Assembly (NCBI GenBank): GCA_963666315.2
Contig: CAXXHG010000008.1
Location: 1-64,000, forward strand
Direction of reading: 5' to 3'
Origin: Candidatus Binatia bacterium
Lineage (GTDB): Bacteria; Desulfobacterota; Binatia; Bin18
Length of the DNA: 64,000 bases
Below are positions 10,944-21,282 of this stretch, piece by piece. The translations under genes were made by a program, and so were the position numbers. Under the pieces are notes generated by a model that was not told the origin of the DNA, did no database searches, and was given only the letters and a program-made list of their open reading frames with translations. How positions within the stretch are numbered: the first letter of the stretch is position 1; each line of letters starts with the position of its first letter.

Positions 10944-12203
10944 ATGGCGCGACAGTTCAACATCCCGATTTTTTACAAAAGCTCGATGATTTCCCGGGTA
11001 AAAAAATATCGTCAATTCCAAGATCCCAGGAAGCAGGACCTCACGCCGTCGGTGCTCGACTTCGGACCGGTCCGCTTTATTCTCGCCCGCCATTTCGGTT
11101 TCTGTTTCGGTGTAGAAAATGCGGTCGAGATTGCCTATCGCACGCTCGAAGAGCATGCTGACCAGCGTATCTTCTTCCTCAGTGAGATGATCCACAACCC
11201 GGATGTGAATCAGGATCTGCAAGATCGTGGGGTGCGTTTTATTTTTTCGTCGGCGGGTGAGCATTTGATCGGCTGGGAAGAACTCACGCCGGATGATATT
11301 GTGGTCGTCCCGGCCTTTGGTGCGAGTGTTGAGATACAAGACGCATTGGCCGCGCGGGGGCTTGATCCGTATACCTATAATACCACCTGCCCGTTTGTGG
11401 AACGGGTGTGGAAGCGCAGCGCGCAACTCGGCAAACGGGGCTATGCCGTGGTCGTGCATGGCAAATCCTCGCATGAGGAGACCCGCGCGACCTTTTCGCA
11501 TAGCATCCAGAATGCTCCGACGGTCGTCGTGCGCAATTTGGAAGAAGCGCACGTCTTAGCCGACATTATAAGAGGGACACAGGATCGCGAGACATTCTTT
11601 GCACACTTCGGCCACAAGTGCTCTGAAGGGTTCGATCCTGATCGAGATCTCAAACGGATAGGCGTCGTGAATCAAACAACAATGTTAGCCTCGGATACGA
11701 AACAGGTCGCGCAAATCTTGCGCCAGGCCCTGGCTGACAGATATGGACAGGACAACTCCGGACAGGACGAGCTGGATGAGGCGTTTGCCGACACGTCAGA
11801 CACGTTGTGTTATGCGACGAATGAAAATCAGCATGCAACCTATGCCTTAATCGAGCATGGTGCGGATCTTGGACTTGTAGTCGGGGGGTATAATTCGTCA
11901 AACACGTCGCACATTGTTGAGTTATGCCAAGAGGCCATGCCGACCTATTTCATCCAAGGCGCGCAAGATCTTGTATCTGGGGATCGGATCAGCCACTTTG
12001 CCCTGCGCAGCCAGGAGGTCGTCACCACGGCACCCTGGCTCCCGAAGCAGCGTCCGCTCGATATCGCGTTGACGTGCGGCGCGTCGTGTCCGGACGCGAT
12101 TGTTGATACCGTCCTGCTGCGGGTTTTGGAGTTTTTTGCTGCAACGCGGACCCTGGAAGACGTGTTGCAACCTTATACAGGGACCCAACAAGCGCTAGGC
12201 TGA
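10944..12203 (+). CDS. ispH: 4-hydroxy-3-methylbut-2-enyl diphosphate reductase
   Basis: FGFCFGVENA, IHNP, TTCPFV, NQTT, DTLCYAT, SSNT and GASCP motifs. Confidence 0.95.
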   Translation: MARQFNIPIFYKSSMISRVKKYRQFQDPRKQDLTPSVLDFGPVRFILARHFGFCFGVENAVEIAYRTLEEHADQRIFFLSEMIHNPDVNQDLQDRGVRFIFSSAGEHLIGWEELTPDDIVVVPAFGASVEIQDALAARGLDPYTYNTTCPFVERVWKRSAQLGKRGYAVVVHGKSSHEETRATFSHSIQNAPTVVVRNLEEAHVLADIIRGTQDRETFFAHFGHKCSEGFDPDRDLKRIGVVNQTTMLASDTKQVAQILRQALADRYGQDNSGQDELDEAFADTSDTLCYATNENQHATYALIEHGADLGLVVGGYNSSNTSHIVELCQEAMPTYFIQGAQDLVSGDRISHFALRSQEVVTTAPWLPKQRPLDIALTCGASCPDAIVDTVLLRVLEFFAATRTLEDVLQPYTGTQQALG

Positions 12204-12227
12204 GTTGTCCCGCCCAAGGACGAAGTC

Positions 12228-12620
12228 GTGCAGCTTGAGGCAGCGGATTATATCATCTTAATTGTCGACGATCTGGATCGTGCGCTCGATTTTTATACGC
12301 AGGTATTAGGACTCAAATTGGGCCATCGCTCCGGTGATTACGCGCAGCTGAATACGGGAGTGACACGGATAGGCTTTTATACCCGGCTAGCTATGGAAAA
12401 AGTCGTTGGTTTCACGCTTGAACCAGCCTCGCAATCTGCTCCTGGTTTCGAGCTTGGATTTAAGGTTCCGGACGTTGACGCAGCCTACGCCGAAATGCTG
12501 GCCGGGGGTGCTTCGCCGGTCACCGAACCAATAACGCGACCCTGGGGGCAACGGACTGCCTATATTCGAGATCCAGACGGATATTTGATCGAACTAGCGC
12601 AAGATCTCCCCAAGTCGTGA
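12228..12620 (+). CDS. VOC/glyoxalase family protein
   Basis: VDDLDRALDFY and PWGQRTAYIRDPDGYLIEL motifs. Confidence 0.9.
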   Translation: MQLEAADYIILIVDDLDRALDFYTQVLGLKLGHRSGDYAQLNTGVTRIGFYTRLAMEKVVGFTLEPASQSAPGFELGFKVPDVDAAYAEMLAGGASPVTEPITRPWGQRTAYIRDPDGYLIELAQDLPKS

Positions 12621-12667
12621 ATGTGTAGGGGCGTTTCTAGCAGAAGAGATGACCCTGTCGGGCCGGC

Positions 12668-12877
12668 TCACTGTTTGACGCACAGCGGGCAGGTCGAGAT
12701 CCGCTGTGTCCTCGTGGCCTGGGCAGAAATTTTCGCTGTTGAAGCGTCCGGATAGGTGATCTGGGCCCAATAGCGTAGCGGGGCTTTTTCATTCAGTCGA
12801 GTTTCGTATATAGGGCAGTCTGTACGGTGTACGGTTGCTTGGTTTTGTGCACGATTGACATACATGGTATAGGCCAT
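12668..12877 (-). CDS. Small hypothetical protein with H-x3-C...CxxC possible metal site
   Basis: 69 aa; GGAGG RBS upstream; VHRTDC...TCPLC. Confidence 0.55.
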   Translation of the reverse strand: MAYTMYVNRAQNQATVHRTDCPIYETRLNEKAPLRYWAQITYPDASTAKISAQATRTQRISTCPLCVKQ

Positions 12878-12889
12878 TCCCGGCCTCCG

Positions 12890-13118
12890 TAGGTCCAGCT
12901 AGCGCTCGATGAGATTGGTGTAGGGCGTTGCCCAACCAATCGGCCCTTTATCGAAAAACTTACCCTCTTTGATTTCCGTTTTACGCTTGGCGAGGGCGAG
13001 CTCCGCACGACGTTTGGACGGGCCGATGGCTTCCCAGCGGTCTTTGCCTTGGTACGAGTAACGGATGTACTAGGTGAAGTCACCGCGTTTGTTGGTCCGT
13101 TTGACGGGGCCTATGCTA
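12890..13118 (-). pseudogene. Tyrosine integrase N-terminal (arm-binding) remnant
   Basis: Translation GDFT*YIRYSYQGKDRWEAIGPSKRRAELALAKRKTEIKEGKFFD...LIER*L, with in-frame TAGs at 13070-13072 and 12899-12901. No catalytic domain follows. Confidence 0.7.
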
Positions 13119-13139
13119 CTTCGTCACAATCTCCATGGG

Positions 13140-13421
13140 CCCAAACCGTTGCGCCGCCTCGTTCCATTCAAGAATGACTAGCTGACCATCCTGGGCCTCG
13201 TATTGCTGGGTTTTGGGCTGAGGAACGAATTTGAAGAGGTGCTTACATAGATTAAAAGCCTCGTCCATGGCGTATACGCGATACGGACAGACTACGAGGA
13301 TAAAGATGCAGAGCTGTCTCTACTGCAGATGGCGGAAGAGTGGGTCGACGGGCTTCGGAATGTTGGGGATGAGTTGTACACCGTGTATGCGGCGCTCAAC
13401 AAAGCCCTAGTCAGGCATTGA
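13140..13421 (+). pseudogene. Stop-interrupted helical hypothetical ORF
   Basis: ...LRNEFEEVLT*IKSLVHGVYAIRTDYEDKDAELSLLQMAEEWVDGLRNVGDELY..., with in-frame TAGs at 13179 and 13248. Confidence 0.35.
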
Positions 13422-13671
13422 GGGGGCGGGACAATGGGCGGTTCGTTGAGTTGTTGGGCCCGTCGAGGCTGCGCTTTTTCAGAATCCCGCCCAATCCTGT
13501 GATAGCCTGGCCAAGTTTGTCAGCACTGGCTGTAACCTGCTGAAACGCCTTCGTGAGCTCCTCAAACGTTTGGTCAGATCGTTGGCGTGCGAGATCTATA
13601 ACCCCTCATGACTGTCGTTCGCTCTCTCGATTATCAAACAGCTCGTTCACTTTTCGGTAGTTCTCTCGCAT
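13411..13671 (-). pseudogene. Stop-interrupted coiled-coil-like hypothetical ORF
   Basis: MRENYRKVNELFDNRESERQS*GVIDLARQRSDQTFEELTKAFQQVTASADKLGQAI..., with an in-frame TGA at 13606-13608. Confidence 0.35.
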
Positions 13672-14258
13672 AGGTCCTGAGCACTTACTTGGGTCCCGTC
13701 GCCTCGGGGACGAATGAATCTAAGGAATTACTCAGAGCCTGTTACCCTGCTACGCCAAATTTCAATCAATAATACTGGACTATAGTCAGAATCAATAGTT
13801 CCACCTTTCCCGTAAGCCTCTAACCCCACAGTCAAAACTTCCACCGAGCAGCGGCTCGGCCGAATACGCGGTTTGTCAGTAATACCTCAACTACTGACTT
13901 GCGTTTCCCATCCACGCTGCTCTTGAGCCAGCTCTAAAAGTGGCAAGAATCCACGCTGACAACAGACTGTCAAGCCAGAGAGGAGGACAGTATGAAAATC
14001 AAAAAATCGTCGGGCGGGAAATCCTTTCGCCTGTCCTCGTCTGGATTGTTCTAGCGTAGAGAAAGCGAGGAACAGAGGCCACGACAGAAAGGAGAACGGC
14101 AAAGCGCCGCGTCCCCTGCTCCCGCCTTATTATGATATGTCGGCAAGCGGGGCAAATTTTTAACGAAGCTCGACAGGGGATGAGGGCTGGTTATGGCATC
14201 AGTCGGCTTCTGGTACGGAAGGAAAAGTGACACCGCAGGGTGCCCCCTCAGTGAGATT

Positions 14259-15761
14259 TTAGCCTTGCTTACGTAGCGCAAAGAATGACGTGAAATTGCC
14301 CCGGCGGGCGAGCAGTAAGAGCGTTTCTGCATCCTTTACCTTTTTGACCGCAGTAGTGAAGTCGCTCACGGAACTCACGGCTTGTCGGTTTACCTCCTCG
14401 ACCACGTCGCCAGGGCGAATGCCGGCTGCCTCTGCCGGGCTGCCCGGCTCGACCTCGGTGACAACAATGCCTTTTTGATCGTCGGGGAGTCGATAGCGCT
14501 GGATATATTCGTCCGAGATGTTGGCGACCGTCATGCCCCAGCTCGCTTCACTTTCTTCCCGCCCGCTCACGCGCGCGATCTGATCCGGTAACTCTCCCAG
14601 CGTGACGGGAATCGTTTTTTCTTGCCCACCGCGGAGAATGGTGACCTGCACTTTTTCTCCAACCGGACTCTGTGCGACCATGGCGGGGAGATCGTGCGAC
14701 TTGGGAACTTGTTCCCCTTTAAAGTGAGTAATAATATCCCCTCGTTGGATGCCTGCTTTTTTTGCCGGTCCCCCTTCGGTGACTTCAGCAACCAGGGCGC
14801 CCATGGGTTCATCCAGATCAAACGATTTTGCGAGCTCGGCTGTGACTGTTTGAATAGCGACGCCTAGCCAGCCGCGTGTCACCTTGCCCGAGTCTTTCAG
14901 CTGAGCAATGATCAATTTGGCCATGTCTATGGGAATGGCAAAGCCAATCCCAATATTACCACCGCCTTGGCTGAAAATAGCTGAATTAATGCCAACCACT
15001 TCGCCCTGCAGATTCAACAAGGGTCCGCCCGAGTTGCCGGGGTTGATGGATGCATCGGTCTGAATAAAGTCGTCGTAGGGGCCCGCTCCGATGACGCGCC
15101 CCTTGGCGCTGACTATCCCGGCGGTCACCGTTTGCTCGAGCCCAAATGGATTCCCAATTGCCATGACCCAGTCGCCGATTTGTAGATCCGACGAACTTCC
15201 CAGAGAAATTTCCGGGAGAGGTTCTTTCGGGTCTATCTTGATCAGCGCAATATCAGTTTTATCATCTGAGCCTATGACTTCCGCCTCAAGCTCATGTTCA
15301 TCCGAGAGGCGTACGGTAATCTTCTCCGCATCTCCGATCACATGTTGATTGGTCACAATATAGCCGTCTTTGCTGATGATAAAACCGGAACCTAAACTGC
15401 GTTGCTGACGCGGGGAAGGACGATCACCGAAGAAGCGCCGAAAGAACTCCTCAAATGAATCATTTCCACCAAACGGGTTCGGACCGGGCGTAGGCATTTC
15501 TCGACGCCGCGGACGGCGTGACACTTTTTGGGTGGTCGAAATATTGACTACCGCCGGCATGGCTGTTTTGGCAATGTCGACAAAATTCGGCAGTTGGCTG
15601 ACTTGCCTGACTGGGGTCGGCTGTTCTTCTTTTTTTTCTTTTTTCTTGGAACCAAACAGATCGAGAGCGTGCACAGGCGCGTGCTCCGTTAGGAGCAATC
15701 CCGACAGGACGATAGTGCCGACCATGAAGATTAGGCGGCGTAATTGCACTCTATTTCTCAT
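14259..15761 (-). CDS. degP: HtrA/DegP/DegQ serine endoprotease with two PDZ domains
   Basis: [26 protein letters not shown] and [15 protein letters not shown] motifs; two PDZ domains; signal peptide. Confidence 0.93.
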   Translation of the reverse strand: MRNRVQLRRLIFMVGTIVLSGLLLTEHAPVHALDLFGSKKKEKKEEQPTPVRQVSQLPNFVDIAKTAMPAVVNISTTQKVSRRPRRREMPTPGPNPFGGNDSFEEFFRRFFGDRPSPRQQRSLGSGFIISKDGYIVTNQHVIGDAEKITVRLSDEHELEAEVIGSDDKTDIALIKIDPKEPLPEISLGSSSDLQIGDWVMAIGNPFGLEQTVTAGIVSAKGRVIGAGPYDDFIQTDASINPGNSGGPLLNLQGEVVGINSAIFSQGGGNIGIGFAIPIDMAKLIIAQLKDSGKVTRGWLGVAIQTVTAELAKSFDLDEPMGALVAEVTEGGPAKKAGIQRGDIITHFKGEQVPKSHDLPAMVAQSPVGEKVQVTILRGGQEKTIPVTLGELPDQIARVSGREESEASWGMTVANISDEYIQRYRLPDDQKGIVVTEVEPGSPAEAAGIRPGDVVEEVNRQAVSSVSDFTTAVKKVKDAETLLLLARRGNFTSFFALRKQG

Positions 15762-15871
15762 GCATTCCTTCCCTTCCCAACAACGGCATACCCATAGGTA
15801 AAGGCTTTGTGTCGTCCAACTCAAGGTGAACATACTCTCGCACTCTCCGGTGAGCGGACCGGACCTGAGGC

Positions 15872-16645
15872 TTAGGGCTCTGGTCCCTGATTCAGTTTCT
15901 CGCGGAGTTCGACTTGCTTGACAAAGGATGGAACAACAGGCGCGAATTCGGGCGAGAGGCGATGACGGATATCCATGGCCGCATCGGCGGCCAGCCGTCG
16001 GAGCGGGACGGATTCTTCGACGCGCGAGAATTCGTCGAGAAAAGGCAAAACATCTTCCGTGCCCACTTCTCTGAGGGCAAACAGCGCGGTTCCGGTGGTT
16101 GGCTCGTCGAGTTTCCGTTTGAGAAACTCCATGATGGGCATGGCTCCGCGGGGGTCGCCGATTTTCCCGAGTGCAATGAGCACTTTCTTTTTTACGCCAG
16201 CATGAACGTCGCGCAGGAACAGTTGTTGCGCCAGTGCCGGAGTAGCGTCGGTTGCGCGCAGTTTGCCGAGGTATTCAATAGCTTTGACTTTGACCCGAAT
16301 ATCGGCATCAGCCGTGGCATTCATCAGGTAGTCGACCACCTTTGGGTTTTGCATATCTCCCAGGTCTTTCACTGCGGCCATGCGAGTTTCGGGACGATCA
16401 TTACCGAGCCGACGGACGATCTCTTCCAATGCCGGCCCCTCGCCTTTCTTTTTCTTTTCGGTCCGCAGACGTGTCCGACTGTCCCTTGTCAGCCGGCTCC
16501 CCAGTCGCGCACCTTGACCCAGGAATTGGGCTTCTGCTGGGTCCGGTAGGGCGAAATCAAGGCTACTCAATGCCAAGGCTACCGCAATACTGAACAGCAT
16601 GCTCCGTCCGCTCGTTGTAGGATACCTCATGAATGTCGTGCTCAT
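15872..16645 (-). CDS. HEAT-repeat protein with signal peptide
   Basis: Repeated (R/K)..A...LG units such as [18 protein letters not shown] and [10 protein letters not shown]. Confidence 0.85.
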   Translation of the reverse strand: MSTTFMRYPTTSGRSMLFSIAVALALSSLDFALPDPAEAQFLGQGARLGSRLTRDSRTRLRTEKKKKGEGPALEEIVRRLGNDRPETRMAAVKDLGDMQNPKVVDYLMNATADADIRVKVKAIEYLGKLRATDATPALAQQLFLRDVHAGVKKKVLIALGKIGDPRGAMPIMEFLKRKLDEPTTGTALFALREVGTEDVLPFLDEFSRVEESVPLRRLAADAAMDIRHRLSPEFAPVVPSFVKQVELREKLNQGPEP

Positions 16646-16718
16646 TACGGCGGCTTGTCAACGCCGTGACTGAAGATGCCCTAGGTTTGCGCCAGACGCA
16701 AGACCGTTGGCTCGAGAG

Positions 16719-17282
16719 TTAGCTTGCGAATAAGGGATCTTGCTCTTCGCGTCGAAACACCTGGATTTCTTCTGGGAACAGGCCGCCCTCGGGGATATCC
16801 TTCAGCGGGGTGCCATCCTTGAGACGCCCCTCGATAATCTCACGATAAGTGCAGACCAGATAACGATGACCGTCGCGGGGTTTCGTGGGCAGCCGGGCCT
16901 TTTCTACACGGGTTTCGCCTTTGGCCTCCGGTCCCAGAATCCGGACGACATAACGTTTTTTCATAAGCCCCTTGAGCGCCCGAATAATCGAAGCGCGGGA
17001 CAGTCCTGTCATCTCACCTATTTCTGCATAGCCTGCGGTGATCAGGGGCGTACGGCGTAACCCGATGGAGTGCCGCCACAACGCCCGATAGGTTTTCCAC
17101 TCGCGCGGGTCCATCAATTTGTTGAGCTCATCTTCCAATAGATAGTCGGGCAGACGGGGGGAGGGTTGCCACGGTGGACGCCGGGTGAGGCGAATCTTGA
17201 TCTCCGCTGCCTCTCCCGTGGCGTGTTCGTCCGTTAGGGTTGTCGACTCGTCTTGCTTCGCCGTCTTCTCCATTTTGGCCAT
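16719..17282 (-). CDS. Winged HTH protein resembling the N-terminus of phage/plasmid replication initiators
   Basis: PDYLLED...PREWKTYRALWRHSIG...YAEIGEMTGLSRASIIRALKGL. Confidence 0.65.
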   Translation of the reverse strand: MAKMEKTAKQDESTTLTDEHATGEAAEIKIRLTRRPPWQPSPRLPDYLLEDELNKLMDPREWKTYRALWRHSIGLRRTPLITAGYAEIGEMTGLSRASIIRALKGLMKKRYVVRILGPEAKGETRVEKARLPTKPRDGHRYLVCTYREIIEGRLKDGTPLKDIPEGGLFPEEIQVFRREEQDPLFAS

Positions 17283-17405
17283 AGCACTGTCGCTCTATTT
17301 TTCCTTTGTATAATACTGATAAATGGAAGCCGTGCAAATGGCGACCTGGGTGAATGAGGAATTTCGACGGAGCCTGGAGCGAGAGTCGGTTGCGGAGATA
17401 AAACC

Positions 17406-18566
17406 ATGAAAATTCGATCCATCACAGTCGGACTCGATCCCGGATTCCCGCTCGATACAGCGCGCATAGCACGGGCCGGACGCTTTGTGACGCGAGCCAA
17501 ACAGGCCTGTGAAGAGGGCGGGCTAGAGGTGCAAACAACACGATTGGCAACCCCACCGTTTCCCCGTTTTCTTGCCGGACAATCGCACCGCGCGGTCATA
17601 CGTTTTGCCCAAGAACTCGAAGCGTGTTGTCTCTCCTATGGTCTAGACTATTGTGCCCTTGGTCCGGTAGACCCTAGTGCCCCCGAAGAGCGCCGCTTCC
17701 TGCAGCTTCTGCCGGATCTTATTGCCGATACCGAGCATGTCTTTGTGAGCGCCGTCCTGGGGAATGGAGGACAGGCGACGGCTGGGGCTACTGCGCATGA
17801 TATTGCCCAGACGATGGTACGCATTGCCCGTGCAACGCCGGACGGATTCGGTAATCTTCGATTTGCCGCAGGCGTCAATATTCGCCCGCATACGCCCTTT
17901 TTCCCCGTGGCGTTTCATGCGGGCGAACCGGCTGTTGCCCTCGCCTTAGAAGCTGCCGATGTCGTGGCTGAGGGTGCGAGCGTGGATCTCACGCCGACTG
18001 AGAGCATAGCCCGGTTGCGGAGGGCTTTTGAGCAGCGGGTACGCCCACTCCAGCAGTGTATGCAGCACGTAGCAGAGCGAGAGTTTCGATTTGCCGGGAT
18101 TGATATCTCTCCTGCGCCTGGACCAGGCCCTGATGGGAGCATCGCTCAGGCGATAGAAAAAATGGGTACGGGCCAGTTCGGCGACCCTGGTACGCTGGCA
18201 GCTGCGGCATTAGTCACAGCGGCTTTACAGACAGCTGACCTCACGAAATGCGGCTACTGTGGGTTAATGCTGCCGGTACTAGAAGATGCTGGATTGGCGA
18301 AACGCAATAACCAGGGAAAACTCCGGCTGTCTCAGCTGCTCACCTATTCGGCTGTGTGTGGAACGGGACTGGATACAATTCCGCTGGCGGGCGATGTCTC
18401 AGAGCAGCAGATCGTTGGGATATTATCTGACGTCGGTGCCTTAGGCTGGAAGCTGCAAAAACCCCTCTCCGCTCGGCTGCTGCCTATCCCAGGCAAGCGG
18501 GTTGGAGAGATGACGGCGTTTGACTTTCCGTTTTTTGTGAATACAAAAGTGATGGCTGTAGAATAG
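17406..18566 (+). CDS. DUF711 family protein (PFL/RNR-like barrel)
   Basis: MKIRSIT, NLRFAA, PFFP, GYCGLMLPVLED, YSAVCGTGLDTIPL and KPLSARLLP motifs. Confidence 0.9.
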   Translation: MKIRSITVGLDPGFPLDTARIARAGRFVTRAKQACEEGGLEVQTTRLATPPFPRFLAGQSHRAVIRFAQELEACCLSYGLDYCALGPVDPSAPEERRFLQLLPDLIADTEHVFVSAVLGNGGQATAGATAHDIAQTMVRIARATPDGFGNLRFAAGVNIRPHTPFFPVAFHAGEPAVALALEAADVVAEGASVDLTPTESIARLRRAFEQRVRPLQQCMQHVAEREFRFAGIDISPAPGPGPDGSIAQAIEKMGTGQFGDPGTLAAAALVTAALQTADLTKCGYCGLMLPVLEDAGLAKRNNQGKLRLSQLLTYSAVCGTGLDTIPLAGDVSEQQIVGILSDVGALGWKLQKPLSARLLPIPGKRVGEMTAFDFPFFVNTKVMAVE

Positions 18567-18597
18567 CGACAGCCCGAACGGCTGTGGTTGACGCGGG

Positions 18598-19143
18598 CTA
18601 CGGACTGCTGGCAGGTTGGTAGTCTTGACTATTGGCAGCCTGGTAGTCGTCAACAAAGAGCGTAATCGCTTGTGCGATGATGGCGGCGACTTGTCTGATC
18701 TCTGAGGTGGGCAGCGTCCCAATTTGGCTATGGCTCCAGGTGTTGCCCCAGGTCACTATCTCAGGTGCGCGAAAGAGTAAAACGAGCTGAAGAAACTCAT
18801 AGTTCAGCGCATAGCTGTACGTCCCCTCCGTCGGTGAGGTGGTCTTGAGATGGATATACAGCGCATGCTCAGCCTGCTGCTCGATAATGATGCCTGCCTG
18901 AATAAGCTGTTCCTCAATCGCTGTTTTTAAAACATCCCGGTCCAAACCGTCCTGTACGACATCAGCTGCGAGATCCTCTATGACCACCTGAATGGAGCGC
19001 AAACCTTGCAGACTCGCACGTTCAAACAGATCACCTGCGGCAGGAACGTTGCTCGGGTTGCCGAGCACGAATACAATTCCTAGCCACCCAAACGCAAGCA
19101 TCCGAAAAAGAAAGCCCAATTCTACCTTCTTGACTCTCGTCAT
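18598..19143 (-). CDS. Hypothetical exported protein
   Basis: Signal-like N-terminus; SLQGLRSIQVVIE motif; GGAGG RBS. Confidence 0.7.
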   Translation of the reverse strand: MTRVKKVELGFLFRMLAFGWLGIVFVLGNPSNVPAAGDLFERASLQGLRSIQVVIEDLAADVVQDGLDRDVLKTAIEEQLIQAGIIIEQQAEHALYIHLKTTSPTEGTYSYALNYEFLQLVLLFRAPEIVTWGNTWSHSQIGTLPTSEIRQVAAIIAQAITLFVDDYQAANSQDYQPASSP

Positions 19144-19289
19144 GATAGCCTCCACCCAATACCCTCATACAGAGACGGACGTTGTGGCCGAAGAAAACTT
19201 CATCTCTGTTTGCACGGTGGCACGATGGTATTGATCTGCAGCTCAAGTCTTTTTATAGTCGGAAATCCGATCTGACGGAACCCCAGGTT

Positions 19290-19745
19290 ATGCATGTGGA
19301 GGAAGAAAATGTCTCTCAACACAGAGAGGCACAGGGGGAGGCAAAGCTGGTTGGGGAGACTGCGTCCTGGCAGGACAGACTTCTGGCATGGGGCGCCGTG
19401 GCAAGCCATTGCGCACTGATCTACTTCCTGTCTGCGCAATCCAACCTCAATCTGCCCGAGGTCGTACCATCAGACAAATGGGCACATCTTATCGAATACG
19501 CGGTTTTAGGCTGGCTTTGGACGTGGGCAGCCAGAAGCTCATGGCCAGCATCGACTCCACGAACCATGCTCCTGTCGGCGCTTGTGTTTACGCTGAGTTA
19601 TGGCGTGAGCGATGAATGGCATCAGAGCCATGTGCCCGGACGCTGCGCGAGTACTGCGGATGTCGGTGCTGACATGACAGGCGGCGGGTTAGGCGCTGGC
19701 GGCTTCCTCTTCTGGACTCGGACCCGCATGAAAAAGGATCGATAA
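19290..19745 (+). CDS. VanZ family membrane protein
   Basis: DKWAHLIEYAVLG and YGVSDEWHQSHVPGR..S..D..AD motifs. Confidence 0.9.
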   Translation: MHVEEENVSQHREAQGEAKLVGETASWQDRLLAWGAVASHCALIYFLSAQSNLNLPEVVPSDKWAHLIEYAVLGWLWTWAARSSWPASTPRTMLLSALVFTLSYGVSDEWHQSHVPGRCASTADVGADMTGGGLGAGGFLFWTRTRMKKDR

Positions 19746-19780
19746 AGGGTCTGCGCCCAGAGAGGGAACCCTGTTTACTC

Positions 19781-20155
19781 CTATTGCCACGGAAGCGGCA
19801 TATGTTCGTTTTCCGCCGTGCATACTTTGACCGGCGCCTGGCCGAGTGCCGCGATCAGAAACATATCTTCGGCGCCAGTATTGACAATTTGGTGAATGGC
19901 ATCGGATGGGATCTGGAGGGTTGAGTTTGGGCCAAAGTCGATGTCTTCTCCCGCTACAGTCAGCCGCCCCGAGCCGCGTAGAATGACAATGGCTTCCTCA
20001 CAAGCGTGCCGATGGACCGGCGTCCCGCTTCCGGGTTGAATCGTCTGCATCCACATCTCCAGGGTTTTCATACCGTGTTCCGACCCGGCCAGGGTTTGGT
20101 GCTCTAGGCCAGGGATGACAAACTTCTTGAGTGTATCGTTTTGTACAACCGGCAT
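19781..20155 (-). CDS. Cupin domain protein
   Basis: TPVHRHACEE and HQIVNTG motifs. Confidence 0.9.
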   Translation of the reverse strand: MPVVQNDTLKKFVIPGLEHQTLAGSEHGMKTLEMWMQTIQPGSGTPVHRHACEEAIVILRGSGRLTVAGEDIDFGPNSTLQIPSDAIHQIVNTGAEDMFLIAALGQAPVKVCTAENEHMPLPWQ

Positions 20156-20181
20156 ATGCAACTCCTTCTCTTGTAAGATAT

Positions 20182-20339
20182 TTAGGCGTCAATGGCATAA
20201 AAGCGTAGTGTGTTTGTTCTGAGAACCTCGCGCTGATCCGATTCTGAAAGCGGCGCGATGTGTTCCTTTGCCAGGTGTTGACCGGCTCCAGCACCTGGCC
20301 GTCCGCATCAACAACTGGAGCAATGTCTGGTGTGGCCAC
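20182..20339 (-). pseudogene. Amidohydrolase (amidohydro_2) gene collapsed by an internal deletion
   Basis: RBS GAGGAGG, then N-terminus VATPDIAPVVDADGQVLEPVNTW, fused out of frame to C-terminus KEHIAPLSESDQREVLRTNTLRFYAIDA*. Confidence 0.7.
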
Positions 20340-20502
20340 GCCGTGCCTCCTCTGACTTCTTTTTCTCACCTTTTCTCTTTAGCAGCTGGGAGCGCCAGCT
20401 GCCAGCCGCTAGCCAGTCCCAAAGCTCGACCTGAATGCAAGAGTGTGTCACAATGCCGGTGTTTGACCAAATCACACGAAGGTGGGAAGAGGCGAGGTGC
20501 CA

Positions 20503-20907
20503 ATGAAAGGGCACGCCCGACAACTCATGACCCCCAATGATGTGGTTGTCTCGCCTGAGACGACCTTGGCCGAGGCCGCCCGAGAATTGGCCCGGGTAGA
20601 AATCAGTGGGCTACCGGTTTCCGATGACCAAGGCCACGTTATCGGCATCGTAACCGAGAGCGACCTGCTTGGCGCCCTGCTTGGTACGAGTCGGAACAAC
20701 ACGGCCGTTCAGGCTCTGATGACCCCACATATAGTGACTGTTGACGAATTTACACCGGCCGACCACGTCGTACAGCTCTTGCGTGAACATAAAATTCATC
20801 ATCTACCCGTTATACGCCAAGGTGTGGTGGTTGGGTTGATCACTCCCCAAAGCGTTATCCAATACTTTGTCACCCATGAGTTGCCGTCTCCGCCTGAGGC
20901 CGCCTAG
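20503..20907 (+). CDS. CBS domain protein
   Basis: ISGLPV...GIVTESDL and IHHLPV...GLIT form a tandem CBS pair. Confidence 0.9.
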   Translation: MKGHARQLMTPNDVVVSPETTLAEAARELARVEISGLPVSDDQGHVIGIVTESDLLGALLGTSRNNTAVQALMTPHIVTVDEFTPADHVVQLLREHKIHHLPVIRQGVVVGLITPQSVIQYFVTHELPSPPEAA

Positions 20908-21276
20908 CGGTCCGCCTCAAACGCTTTCCTAACTCATAGGCACGGCTGATACAGGCGAGGAGGGTCTCATGCTCAAGGGGCTTCTTGAGCGAGGCTACCA
21001 CCTTTAGGCTCAGCTTGTGCCCCACAGCGGGTGAGAATGAGCGCTCAGAGATAACAATAATGGGCAGATCGGGGACAATCTCGGGCAGTTGCGTAAAGAA
21101 TTCGAGGCCAAAATTTCCTGGTATCAGCATGTCTGTGATGAGCAGGTCATAAGTATTGAGACACAGCAGGAAAGTCGCTTCTATAGTACACTCGTGGCGG
21201 TATCACAGCTGTACCCGTCTTTACGTAGGAGTGCCGCAGTTTCCTTCAGAAATACTGGCTGATTATCGACTAGAAG
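20870..21276 (-). pseudogene. Single-domain response regulator (receiver), frameshifted and missing its 5' end
   Basis: LLVDNQPVFLKETAALLRKDGYSCDTATS, then a stop/frameshift at about 21181, then YDLLITDMLIPGNFGLEF...PIIVIS...LKKP. Confidence 0.75.
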
Positions 21277-21282
21277 CTGCCT

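Noticed and set aside
13606-13608. In-frame TGA read as selenocysteine
   Set aside because: No Cys/redox context and no SECIS-like hairpin; it lies in a decayed region. The same applies to the TGA in the IS5 remnant at 54661.
14190-14240. SRP RNA-like GGAAGGAA motif
   Set aside because: Lacks the CAGG...GGAA...AGCAG helix context.
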